From the NCBI GenBank assembly GCA_003223215.1, contig QHYH01000091.1, positions 60,696-124,695 on the forward strand: 64,000 bases of DNA. The letters run 5' to 3'. Position numbers and translations under genes: made by a program. The notes under the pieces were generated by a model. The model saw nothing but the letters and a program-made list of their open reading frames with translations, ran no database searches and was not told the origin of the DNA. Positions 40,724-49,803 of this stretch are shown in pieces. The DNA comes from Acidobacteriota bacterium. GTDB taxonomy: Bacteria > Acidobacteriota > Terriglobia > Acidiferrales > UBA7541. The first letter of the stretch is position 1. Every line of letters begins with the position of its first letter.

Positions 40724-40822
40724 TAGGTCGAGCGGGCACGCGCTGTTTCGTGTTCCGGCTGGCTTCAGAGCCTTTCTATTCCGCTCCACCAGGTCACGGG
40801 CAGGTCATCCGTCAAACTTGGC

Positions 40823-42067
40823 ATGTCAACAAAGCCCATTACGCTGAGTGCCCAACAGATTCGCCTCCTTGCTGTACTTGCTTTGATCAATTTTGTCAAC
40901 TTTGCGGCGCGGCAGGCTGTCGTTCCGCTCATCCCGCTGCTGCGTGATCATCTGCACGCCAGCGACGCGCAACTTGGGGACTTACAAACCTGGCTCCTTG
41001 TGGTCCTGGCGATCGCCAGTATCCCATTTGGCTTTCTCGCCGACCGCTTCAGCCGGAAAACCATTATTGCCGTCGGGATTGTTTGCTGGAGCGTGGCCTC
41101 GTTCGCGGGCGGCCTGTTCTCCACAATCCCTCTTTTCCTGTTCGCCCGCGCCATGGTCGGGTTGGGGGAAGCGGCCTATGCCCCCGCGGCGCAATCGATG
41201 ATTTCCGGCGCTTTTCCCGAGGAGCGCCGCGCCTTTGCCCAAGCGGTATTTGCGGCCGGAATGTTGCTCGGCGGAGCCTCGGGCTTGGCACTGGGCGGGA
41301 TCATCGGCCCGCGCTATGGCTGGCAGGCGGCTCTTTTTGTGGTTGCGGTTCTCGGAATCTTTCCCGGCTTGGCGCTAGTGAGGCTCGAAGATCCACCCCG
41401 GGGGCCACGCTCGGAAGTCGTGCCCATGCTGCGGCTACTGAGCGTCCCCGCGTTTGTTTCGCTGATTGCGGCGGGCATCTGCATCACTTTCTCCACTGTT
41501 TCTCTGATTTCCTGGGGAGTGGACTTCGCGGTGAACTACAAGGACTTCAGCCTGCGCGAAGCCTCTGTCTCCCTTGCGATGATTACTCTGTTTGCTTTGC
41601 TGTTGGGAGTTCTTGCCGGTGGCTATGTCGCGGATCGCTTACAAAGATCGTTTACCTACGGGCGCATCATCGCCATTGCCGCCGCATTGCTTCTCTCGGC
41701 GCCATTTCTTCTGCTGGCCATCCAGTCAGAGGAAAAATCAACGGTTCTGGTGGGATTCTTCGTCGCCAGCTTTTTTATGTCCTGGTATCACGGGCCGGTG
41801 ACCGCGGTCTTGCACGATATGATGCCCCGCCGCGCGCATGCCACCTCCGTAGGCATGTACATGTTCGCCACGCAATTGCTGGGCGGACTGGGCCCGCACG
41901 TGGTGGGTAGAATCTCCGACCAGCACGACCTGCAAGTCGGCTTGCAAATCGCCGTGGCCGTGATGGTTTGCGGCGCCCTGCTCATGTTTCTGGTGATTCA
42001 CTTTATTCGACGCGACGGCATTCGCCATCCCATCCTGGAAGCGTTTCACGCGGAACCCGGCGACTAA
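40823..42067 (+). CDS. MFS transporter (spinster-like)
   Basis: GFLADRFSRK, GLGEAAYAPAA, about 12 TM segments. Confidence 0.9.
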   Translation: MSTKPITLSAQQIRLLAVLALINFVNFAARQAVVPLIPLLRDHLHASDAQLGDLQTWLLVVLAIASIPFGFLADRFSRKTIIAVGIVCWSVASFAGGLFSTIPLFLFARAMVGLGEAAYAPAAQSMISGAFPEERRAFAQAVFAAGMLLGGASGLALGGIIGPRYGWQAALFVVAVLGIFPGLALVRLEDPPRGPRSEVVPMLRLLSVPAFVSLIAAGICITFSTVSLISWGVDFAVNYKDFSLREASVSLAMITLFALLLGVLAGGYVADRLQRSFTYGRIIAIAAALLLSAPFLLLAIQSEEKSTVLVGFFVASFFMSWYHGPVTAVLHDMMPRRAHATSVGMYMFATQLLGGLGPHVVGRISDQHDLQVGLQIAVAVMVCGALLMFLVIHFIRRDGIRHPILEAFHAEPGD

Positions 42068-42115
42068 GGAGCGGCTCAGGAGAAGGCGGGCGAGAGGTTT
42101 CGGATCCTGCCTTGC

Positions 42116-42156
42116 CATGTGGGCCGTAAAGCCTCGGCGTTTTTAGGCCGAGGATA
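42116..42156 (+). mobile_element. Solo left end of the IS608-like mini-element
   Basis: CATGTGGGCCGTAAAGCCTCGGCGTTTTTAGGCCGAGGATA nearly matches the left ends at 19210 and 48278; no right end follows. Confidence 0.85.
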
Positions 42157-42163
42157 TGGACGG

Positions 42164-42502
42164 CTACTTAATGCCGATCAGGTCGATGAGGCGAAGGACT
42201 TCGCTATCCGGGACGTCGTAGAGACGGCGTAGGTCGTCTTCTTCGAGGCGCTCGCGCAAGTACTCGGCGGCCACAAAGCTGGCTTCGCGATCGGTCAGGT
42301 CTCGCTGGGCCTTATCGCGGAATTTAACGAAAGCGGTGTGCGCCAGCCCAACGACATGTGCTTCGCCGTCAACGAAAAACTTTGTGTCGATGGTATCCGC
42401 GTGCCGCGTGGCAATGCCGTTCCACATGTGCGAGAAGCGGCACTGGTAGGTCTGCCCGCTCAGTTTGGAGGTCACTTCGAACGGGCCAATGAACTGGCTC
42501 AT
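42164..42502 (-). CDS. Small hypothetical protein
   Basis: ATG 42502 with GGAG upstream; protein-like composition. Confidence 0.7.
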   Translation of the reverse strand: MSQFIGPFEVTSKLSGQTYQCRFSHMWNGIATRHADTIDTKFFVDGEAHVVGLAHTAFVKFRDKAQRDLTDREASFVAAEYLRERLEEDDLRRLYDVPDSEVLRLIDLIGIK

Positions 42503-42613
42503 CGCTCCGGCATTCGCTAATACGGGCCGTGTGCTCACGCTTTCTCCTTGCAAAGGTTCTCGAGTTCCCGTTGCGAGCTCGCCATCGGAGGAACTCGTCT
42601 AAATTCGCGTGGG

Positions 42614-43822
42614 TTACCGGCTCACCGCCGCTGCCGTTTCTGCATGGGTATAGCTTTCGACGGCCGCGCCGACGCCCGCGCCGCTTGAAACCCGGAACCC
42701 CTGATCGATCAGGCACTTCTCGAGCGCCGCGAGGACCAGCAGCACGTTGGGCTTCTGGCTCGAGTAGCCCATCAGGCCAATGCGCCAGATTTTCCCTTTG
42801 ATCGGCCCGAAGCCTCCGGCGATTTCGATATTGAACTCGTCCAAGAGCTGATTCCGTAGCTTGCCGTCGTCCACGCCGCCCGGAATCATCACGGCTGTGA
42901 CTGTGGGCAAACGGTCTGACGGCTTTTCGACCAGCAGCTTGAGCCCCATCGCTTGCAAACCCGCGATGAGCGCCAGCTGATTCACGCGATGCCGCTCCCA
43001 GCGCGTTTCCAAACCCTCTTCGACGACCAGACGCATCGCTTCGCGCAATGCAAAAATCAGCGAAATGGGAGGAGTGTGGTGATAGAGCCGGTCCTTGCCC
43101 CAATAATTCATCGCCGTGGTCAGGTCGAAATACCAGCTTTGCACTTTGCTTTTGCGTTTGCGAAAAACTTCTTCGGCTGTGGAGCTCACGGTAATGGGCG
43201 ACATTCCCGGAGGCGCGCTGATGGCTTTTTGCGAGCCGCTGAAACAGACATCCACCCGCTCGCGATCCACGTCGAGCGGCACGGCGGCGAGCGACGCCAC
43301 GGTATCCACCACAAGCAGAGCTCCCAGTTCGTCGGCCACTTTTCGAAACCCGTCGATCGTCGTGAGCACACCGGTGGACGTCTCGCCTTGGGCCAGACCT
43401 ATCATCTTGATCTTTTTGCCCTTGCCGGTCCTGCGGATGTCGTCGGGATCCACCGGCTTGCCATTCGGTGCTTCGACTTTGGTCACCCGGGATGAAGCGC
43501 GCATGGCAATCTCGTACATGCGTTCGGAAAACATGCCGTTTACGGCGACGACGGCTTCATCGCCTTCTTCGAGCACGTTGACCACCGACGCCTCGATGCC
43601 ACCCGAGCCGGAAGCCGACAGCGGCATGGTGATGCGGTTTTCCGTCTGAAAAATCTGGCGCAGCAGGATCTGCGTTTCCTCCATGCACCCCTTGAACCAG
43701 GGGTCCATGTGGCCGACTAGGGGCGTCGCGAGGGCGCGGTACACCCGCGGGTCGACCGAAGACGGCCCCGGGGTCAACATCAGCCGTACCGGGGGATTGA
43801 GTTCTCCAATCTGTTGGGTCAT
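42614..43822 (-). CDS. Class V aminotransferase (alanine/serine-glyoxylate aminotransferase)
   Basis: LMLTPGPS, GSGGIEA, ETSTGV, DTVAS, SQKAISAPPG (PLP Lys). Confidence 0.92.
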   Translation of the reverse strand: MTQQIGELNPPVRLMLTPGPSSVDPRVYRALATPLVGHMDPWFKGCMEETQILLRQIFQTENRITMPLSASGSGGIEASVVNVLEEGDEAVVAVNGMFSERMYEIAMRASSRVTKVEAPNGKPVDPDDIRRTGKGKKIKMIGLAQGETSTGVLTTIDGFRKVADELGALLVVDTVASLAAVPLDVDRERVDVCFSGSQKAISAPPGMSPITVSSTAEEVFRKRKSKVQSWYFDLTTAMNYWGKDRLYHHTPPISLIFALREAMRLVVEEGLETRWERHRVNQLALIAGLQAMGLKLLVEKPSDRLPTVTAVMIPGGVDDGKLRNQLLDEFNIEIAGGFGPIKGKIWRIGLMGYSSQKPNVLLVLAALEKCLIDQGFRVSSGAGVGAAVESYTHAETAAAVSR

Positions 43823-44017
43823 AGGATTTGCCCTTCTTATGTTTGCTGCTTAATTCCCGCGGATAAGGAGCGAACCGCCCACATGTTTTGCCACAGGGGA
43901 CTTGCTTACCGTGGCGGACCACCAATTTTCGCGCAATCCCTCGTAGCTGCGCAACCGACAATTTGGCCCCAACGCGAGCGCGCCCGCAAGGGCCTGGCGC
44001 CCTCCTAAAGGCTTAGC

Positions 44018-46069
44018 TCAGCCGAGGGTCGCGCGCCAGGCCCTGAGCACTTCGGCAACGGTCCAAGCCTGGGCAATGCATCCTCGGGGGGTGAAAGGAG
44101 CGTCTCCATCGAAAATTTCGCCGAGTGTCCCCAGGCCATAGGATGAAATTTGCCTGCCTAACGGTTCGAGGAAGCTTAACGCCGCTTTGCGGTCGCCGTA
44201 AACGCGCAAGTGCGCCAGCGCAAAGGGTCCCAATAGCCAGCCCCAAACGGTTCCCTGATGGTAGGCGCCGTCGCGCTCGCGCGGGCCGCCGCCATAATGC
44301 CCCTGGTATCCAGGCTCGCCTTGCGCCAGACTGCGCAGGCCGTGCGAGGTCAGCAGGCGGCCGGCGCAAATATCCACAACGGCTTTTTGCTGCTCCCGAG
44401 AAAGAGGACTCTCCGGCAACGACACGGCAAAAATTTGATTGGGACGAAAGGAGGCGTCGCTGCCGATGCGGGGATCGTCGATCACGTCGTAACAGCAATG
44501 GGCTCCCGAGTTCCAGAATTTTGTGAAGTTCTTCCTGACCACCTCTGCCATTTTTTGGAAAGGCTCCGCGGATTTGCCGGTGACCGGCGCCAGCTTGGCC
44601 ATGGTTTTGAGCGCGTTGTACCACAGCGCATTGATTTCAACGGGTTTGCCGATTCGCGGAGTTACCACCCAATCGCCGACTTTCGCATCCATCCAGGTGA
44701 GCTGCACCCCCTCCTCGCCGGCGTAAAGAAGACCATCGGCCGCATCCACGTGAATGTGATATCGAGTGCCATGGAGATGGGCGCTCGTGATTTGCGTCAG
44801 GACCGGGTATAGCTTCAAGATCCCTTCCGCATCTTGGGTTGCCTCGAAGTATTGCCGCACGGCCTCGAAATACCACAGGGCGGCGTCCGCAGTGTTGTAT
44901 TGCGGTACGCCGCCTGCGTCTGGAAAATTGTTGGGCAACATTCCACCATCGACGTAACGGGCGAGGGCAAAAAGAATTTCTCGGGCGATTTCCGGGCGGC
45001 GGGTTGCGAGCGTCAGACCGGGCAACGCAATCATGGTGTCACGGCCCCAATCGCCAAACCAGTGATAACCCGCAATGACAGACCTTCCCTCCGACTCAGC
45101 GGGCAAAGGTCGCTTCACGATGAACTGGTCGGCGGCAAGAATCAGTTGGCGAATCCAGGCAGGCGCAACCGCGGCGGCAACGGCGTCGTTCTCCATCCAC
45201 TTGGAATAAAACCCTCGTTCGTGCTTTACCTGCTCGCTCAGGGTCCGAGCTCCGTCCAGCTCCGCCTGCGGGTCAGTCGTAAAAACAAGTGTCACGCTTT
45301 GGCTTCGAGCGAGTTCGACGCTGGCGGCAGCGGCAAACAGGTAGTCTTCCCGATCGTCGAGCCCGCGAGCGGTCTCCTGCGGCAAAAGAAAGTTGCGGTA
45401 CCAGTCATGTCTTGGTTCAAATCTTGCCGTGGCGCTCAGAAGGCAGAAAGGCGTCGCACCATCAAACGCGGTGATTCGTATTCCATGCCCGACGGACTCG
45501 ACGCGCATGAGCCAATCGCCAGCGTGGGTGCGGGAATGAAAGTCGCGGTAATTGACCAGCGCTTTCACGGCGAGACGAAAGGGGCCGTTCCCGCGGAGCA
45601 GCGAATATTGGACGTAGGTGGTGTTCTCGCCCTGCTGCATCCAGATGCGCTTTTCGAGCAGCGCGTCGGCAAGCGCAAACCGCCACACCGGAATGCTGCC
45701 TTCCAGGCGGAAACTCTCGATGTTGAGATAACCTTGGGGTTCGACGGCGCCGCTCAACCAACGATTTGTAGCGAGCGCGAACTCTGAGCCATCGTAGCCG
45801 ACCGTCTCCTCCAACTTCGCGACCAATTGCGTTCGACCAACGGGTGGATGGAGGGCCGCGACCAACACGCCATGATAGCAACGCGTCACGTCGCCACTGA
45901 CGGTTCCCGAGGCATAGCCGCCGATTCCGTTGGTGACCAGCCATTCCCGCTGTTCGGCGATTTCGAGAGAGCCGCAGACCTCGCGGCCGAATTCGACGGC
46001 AGCGTGCGACTCAGGAGCGGCCGATTCTTGTTCGGTAGACGGGTTCGCCCTTTTCTCCGTTGTCGCCAT
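44018..46069 (-). CDS. Glycogen debranching enzyme (amylo-alpha-1,6-glucosidase)
   Basis: EWLVTNGIGGYAS, AGYHWFGDWGRDT, LTWMDAK, GKPVEINALW, YHQGTVW, QAWTVAE. Confidence 0.93.
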   Translation of the reverse strand: MATTEKRANPSTEQESAAPESHAAVEFGREVCGSLEIAEQREWLVTNGIGGYASGTVSGDVTRCYHGVLVAALHPPVGRTQLVAKLEETVGYDGSEFALATNRWLSGAVEPQGYLNIESFRLEGSIPVWRFALADALLEKRIWMQQGENTTYVQYSLLRGNGPFRLAVKALVNYRDFHSRTHAGDWLMRVESVGHGIRITAFDGATPFCLLSATARFEPRHDWYRNFLLPQETARGLDDREDYLFAAAASVELARSQSVTLVFTTDPQAELDGARTLSEQVKHERGFYSKWMENDAVAAAVAPAWIRQLILAADQFIVKRPLPAESEGRSVIAGYHWFGDWGRDTMIALPGLTLATRRPEIAREILFALARYVDGGMLPNNFPDAGGVPQYNTADAALWYFEAVRQYFEATQDAEGILKLYPVLTQITSAHLHGTRYHIHVDAADGLLYAGEEGVQLTWMDAKVGDWVVTPRIGKPVEINALWYNALKTMAKLAPVTGKSAEPFQKMAEVVRKNFTKFWNSGAHCCYDVIDDPRIGSDASFRPNQIFAVSLPESPLSREQQKAVVDICAGRLLTSHGLRSLAQGEPGYQGHYGGGPRERDGAYHQGTVWGWLLGPFALAHLRVYGDRKAALSFLEPLGRQISSYGLGTLGEIFDGDAPFTPRGCIAQAWTVAEVLRAWRATLG

Positions 46070-46140
46070 CTTCAAACCGATTCCATTTTAGTCTTGTACA
46101 GCAATTCCGCTTTCCGTTTATTGCCGAACTCACTTATCGC

Positions 46141-46169
46141 TTGACAACGGCAATTTAACAAAGTATCTG
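46141..46169 (+). promoter_or_regulatory. Putative sigma70 promoter of the lctP-glc operon
   Basis: TTGACA-N17-TATCTG; weak -10. Confidence 0.4.
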
Positions 46170-46293
46170 GAGCGCACGAAACGCAAGGCTATTTAGCTGG
46201 GTTACAGGGTTCAGGACGCTCCTTTCGGTGGAATCGCGCCGACCTTTGTTCCCGATCCCGGATCGAAACGCATCACTTCATGGAGGCGTCGTT

Positions 46294-48003
46294 GTGACTT
46301 GGACACAAGTTTACGACCCGGTGGGGCATTGGTGGCTTTCCACGATCATCGCGGCTCTCCCCATCCTGGTGCTTCTGGGACTCCTTGCCGGCCTTCGCTT
46401 GAAACCGCACATTTGTGCCGTTGCCGGCGCGGCAACCGCAGTCCTTGTCGCCATTCTCGCCTTTAAGATGCCAGCCCTCCTGGCTGTTTCCAGCTTCTTC
46501 TACGGCTCGGCTTTTGGTTTCCTCAAAATCGTTTGGATTGTCATCGCCGCCGTCTTCCTCTATGACATATCCGTCGAGACTGGCCAGTTCGAGATCATGA
46601 AGCAATCGGTCGCGGCCATTACCCCCGATCGCCGCTTGCAGGTTCTCCTGGTCGCTTTCTGTTTCGGCGCCTTCATCGAAGGCTCCGCGGGATTCGGCGC
46701 GCCCGTGGCCATCGCCGGCGCGTTCATGATCGGACTCGGCTTCAAACCCTTTCAAGCTGCTGCGCTGAACCTGATCGCCAACACTGCTCCGGTAGCCTGG
46801 GGCTCGATCGGCATCCCCGTCCATACGCTCGCGGCGGTCACGGCGCTTAACGAGAGCGACCTCAGCGCCATGATCGGCCGCATCCTTCCCATCACTGCTG
46901 TCACGGTTGCCTTCTGGCTGGTCCGCACCATGGTCAGTTGGAGGGAAACCTGGGAGGTCTTTCCCGCCATCCTCGTTGTCGGCGGATCCTTTGCGACCAC
47001 CCAATGGTTCTGGGCCAATTACCGGGACAGCAATCTCGTGGATATCATCGCCGCCGTCGTTTCCCTGCTCGCCGCGCTGCTTTTTCTCCGCGTCTGGCAA
47101 CCCAAGAGAATCTGGCGCTTTGCCGACGAACCATCCATCAGCGCGGCCGAAGCCCGGGATTCCGTCAAGCACTTCACCACCCGCCAAATTGCCAGGGCCT
47201 GGATGCCCTTTGCCGTCTTGTCGCTCATCGTTCTTGTTTGGGGATTGCCCAGCTTCAAGCTGGCCATGAACCGCGCCACAACTCCCGCCTTCCGAGTCGT
47301 CATGGCGGACGGAAAAGCTCGTCCTGGCCCACCGGGATGGGACTGGCCCTACCTTCACAACAAAGTGCTTCGAACGACTCCGGTCGTGCCGAAACCCACC
47401 GCCGAAGGTGCGCGCTTTGACTTCAATTGGCTCACCGCCACGGGAACCGGGTGCTTCATCGCCGCTCTGCTTACCGGATTTATTCTTGGCCTCAGGCCAA
47501 AGAGACTGCTTTACATTTTCTTCCGAACTTTCGTCCGTCTGCGCTTTGCCATCATGGCCATGACCTGCATGCTGGGCCTTGGTTTCATCACGCGATACTC
47601 GGGCATGGACGCGGTCCTTGGTCTGGCCTTCACACGCACGGGGTGGTTCTTTCCCTTCTTTGGCACTTACATCGGCTGGCTTGGCGTCGCCCTGACCGGC
47701 AGCGATACCTCTTCCAATGCGCTGTTCGGTGGTCTGCAAAAAATCACCGCGCAACAGCTCCATTTGAGCCCCATTCTCATGTGCGGCGCGAACAGCGCCG
47801 GTGGCGTTATGGGCAAGATGATCGATGCGCAATCGATTTGCATCGCTACCGCGGCGACCAATCAGGTTGGCAACGAAGGCGCCATCTTCCGCTTCGTTTT
47901 CTGGCACTCCGTGGCGCTTGCAGCCATCGTCGGAGTCATCGTGATGGTGTACGCCTACGTGTTGCCGCAGTTCATACCCAGCGGATTGAACTTCATTCGC
48001 TGA
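46294..48003 (+). CDS. lctP: L-lactate/glycolate permease
   Basis: FIEGSAGFGAP, ANTAPVAWG, TGSDTSSNALF, GKMIDAQS; GTG 46294 after GGAGG. Confidence 0.93.
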   Translation: MTWTQVYDPVGHWWLSTIIAALPILVLLGLLAGLRLKPHICAVAGAATAVLVAILAFKMPALLAVSSFFYGSAFGFLKIVWIVIAAVFLYDISVETGQFEIMKQSVAAITPDRRLQVLLVAFCFGAFIEGSAGFGAPVAIAGAFMIGLGFKPFQAAALNLIANTAPVAWGSIGIPVHTLAAVTALNESDLSAMIGRILPITAVTVAFWLVRTMVSWRETWEVFPAILVVGGSFATTQWFWANYRDSNLVDIIAAVVSLLAALLFLRVWQPKRIWRFADEPSISAAEARDSVKHFTTRQIARAWMPFAVLSLIVLVWGLPSFKLAMNRATTPAFRVVMADGKARPGPPGWDWPYLHNKVLRTTPVVPKPTAEGARFDFNWLTATGTGCFIAALLTGFILGLRPKRLLYIFFRTFVRLRFAIMAMTCMLGLGFITRYSGMDAVLGLAFTRTGWFFPFFGTYIGWLGVALTGSDTSSNALFGGLQKITAQQLHLSPILMCGANSAGGVMGKMIDAQSICIATAATNQVGNEGAIFRFVFWHSVALAAIVGVIVMVYAYVLPQFIPSGLNFIR

Positions 48004-48034
48004 TGGGGCAAGCTTGTTCCGGTGGAGACAGCCC

Positions 48035-48278
48035 GTGAACATCCTCCCCGCCGCAAGCGGCGAGGATTCCTACGGCCTCTCGGTTTGTTTTTCCGAGATG
48101 GCTTCGGTGGGTTCCTCCACAACCGCCCTACTTCAGCGGAGGACCACGAAGAGGCTTTACTTTTGGGCTGCCCGCCCATAGGTGGTGCGGACAGAAGAAA
48201 TAGAGAGCAGTTCGGAAGCAAAGAAAGAGGGGCCTTCTATCCTCGGCCTAAAAACGCCGAGGCTTTGCGGCCCACCTG
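48035..48278 (-). mobile_element. Non-autonomous IS200/IS605 (IS608-like) mini-element, copy 2
   Basis: On the minus strand TTAC|CAGGTGGG...AAAG-hairpin...GAAT-hairpin-ATGTTCAC; close match to copy 1 with about 29 nt extra internally. Confidence 0.9.
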
Positions 48279-48292
48279 GTAAGTTCCTGCTT

Positions 48293-49741
48293 ATGGACCT
48301 TCGCATCCTCAACGAATTCCGCTCGATCGTCGGCAACGGTGGCCTCATCTGCTCGCCTGAGGAACTGCACACCTACGAATGCGACGGCCTTACGAATTTC
48401 CGCGTACTGCCCCGCGCGGTCTTGCTTCCGTCTTCGACCGCGCAAGTTCAGTCCATAGTGCGTCTGTGCCATCGCGAAAGAATTCCTTTCGTCGCACGCG
48501 GTTCGGGCACGGGCCTTAGTGGCGGTGCCTTGCCTGTCGCAAACGGCATTGTCCTCAGCCTGGCGCGCATGAATCGCATCCGCGAGGTGGACATTCCGAA
48601 TGCGCGTGTTGTCGTCGAGCCGGGAGTCATCAACCTGGACGTCACCGGGCGCGTCCAGTCCCAGGATTATTTCTACGCACCCGATCCTTCTTCGCAATCG
48701 GTTTGCAGCATTGGCGGCAACGTCGCGGAAAACGCCGGCGGCGCGCATTGCCTCAAATACGGCTTCACCACCACGCATGTCCTCGGCCTGGAAGTCGTTC
48801 TTCCCGACGGCTCGCTCGTCCATCTCGGCGGGAAAACGCTCGATACGCCCGGCTATGACCTTGTCGGCGTTTTTGTCGGCTCCGAAGGCACCCTCGGCGT
48901 GGCCACGAAAATCATTCTGCGCATCGTCAAGCGCCCCGAATGCGTTCGCGCGCTGCTGGCTGCGTTTCCGACCACCAACGAGGCGGGCGCGGCTGTCAGC
49001 GGCATCATCGCCGCGGGGATGCTGCCCGCCGCCATCGAAATGATGGACAAGCTCGCGATTCAGGCCGCGGAAGCCGCTGTCCACGCGAACTATCCCGATT
49101 GCGGCGGGCTGCTTCTGGTCGAACTCGACGGCCCACTTGGCGAAGTCGAAGCGCTCATGACCCAGGTCGATGAAATTTGCCGTTCAAACGGTGCTTGGGA
49201 AATTCGCGTCGCGCAATCCGAAGCCGAGCGCGCGCTCGTCTGGAAAGGCCGCAAAGCTGCTTTTGCCGCGGTTGGCCGGATCTCTCCGAACTACATTGTT
49301 CAGGACGGCGTAATTCCCCGCACCGCTCTTCCCCAGGTGATGGGCGAAATCGCACGGCTCAGCCGAGAAAACGGCTTGCGCGTTGCCAACGTTTTTCACG
49401 CTGGCGACGGCAATCTCCATCCGCTGGTTCTGTACGATCGCCGAATCCACGGGCAGGAAGACGCCGCCCTCGCGCTCTCCTTCAAGATTCTGGAAGTCTG
49501 TATCGCCGCCGGCGGCTCCATCACCGGCGAGCACGGGGTCGGCGAAGAGAAAAAATGCATGATGTCCAAAATGTTTGCCGAGCCCGATCTCGCCACCATG
49601 CAGCGGGTCCGCTGCGCCTTCGATCCCTTGCAACTCTCGAATCCTACGAAAGTTTTCCCCACGCCGCGTCTCTGTGGCGAGAAGCCCGGCGAATATCTGC
49701 CCCACCCCGTCGAATCCGCGGGTCTCGCGGAGCGCTCTTAG
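48293..49741 (+). CDS. glcD: Glycolate oxidase FAD-linked subunit
   Basis: RGSGTGLSGG, APDPSSQ, GNVAENAGGAHCLKYG, HAGDGNLHP, GEHGVG. Confidence 0.93.
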   Translation: MDLRILNEFRSIVGNGGLICSPEELHTYECDGLTNFRVLPRAVLLPSSTAQVQSIVRLCHRERIPFVARGSGTGLSGGALPVANGIVLSLARMNRIREVDIPNARVVVEPGVINLDVTGRVQSQDYFYAPDPSSQSVCSIGGNVAENAGGAHCLKYGFTTTHVLGLEVVLPDGSLVHLGGKTLDTPGYDLVGVFVGSEGTLGVATKIILRIVKRPECVRALLAAFPTTNEAGAAVSGIIAAGMLPAAIEMMDKLAIQAAEAAVHANYPDCGGLLLVELDGPLGEVEALMTQVDEICRSNGAWEIRVAQSEAERALVWKGRKAAFAAVGRISPNYIVQDGVIPRTALPQVMGEIARLSRENGLRVANVFHAGDGNLHPLVLYDRRIHGQEDAALALSFKILEVCIAAGGSITGEHGVGEEKKCMMSKMFAEPDLATMQRVRCAFDPLQLSNPTKVFPTPRLCGEKPGEYLPHPVESAGLAERS

Positions 49742-49743
49742 TC

Positions 49744-49770
49744 TGGAAGTGCGGCGGCTTGACGCCGCTT
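49744..49770. repeat. REP-like palindrome TGGAAGTGCGGCGGCTTGACGCCGCTT
   Basis: Variant of the 31643 repeat, lying between glcD and glcE. Confidence 0.7.
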
Positions 49771-49803
49771 AGGCGGTGTAAGCTATCAGCGCGATCGACA
49801 GAC

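Noticed and set aside
26080-47861. Long antisense or alternate-frame ORFs (e.g. 26080-27585, 31009-32469, 46273-48042, 6936-8156)
   Set aside because: Shadow ORFs of real genes, expected at high GC; no motifs.
19210-48278. Repeated hairpins as a CRISPR array
   Set aside because: Copies are dispersed, not regularly spaced, and no cas genes are present.
48182-48292. N-terminal extension of glcD given by the ORF track
   Set aside because: It is read through the mini-element; the likely start is ATG 48293. The same applies to ORFs 19237-19533 and 48022-48282.
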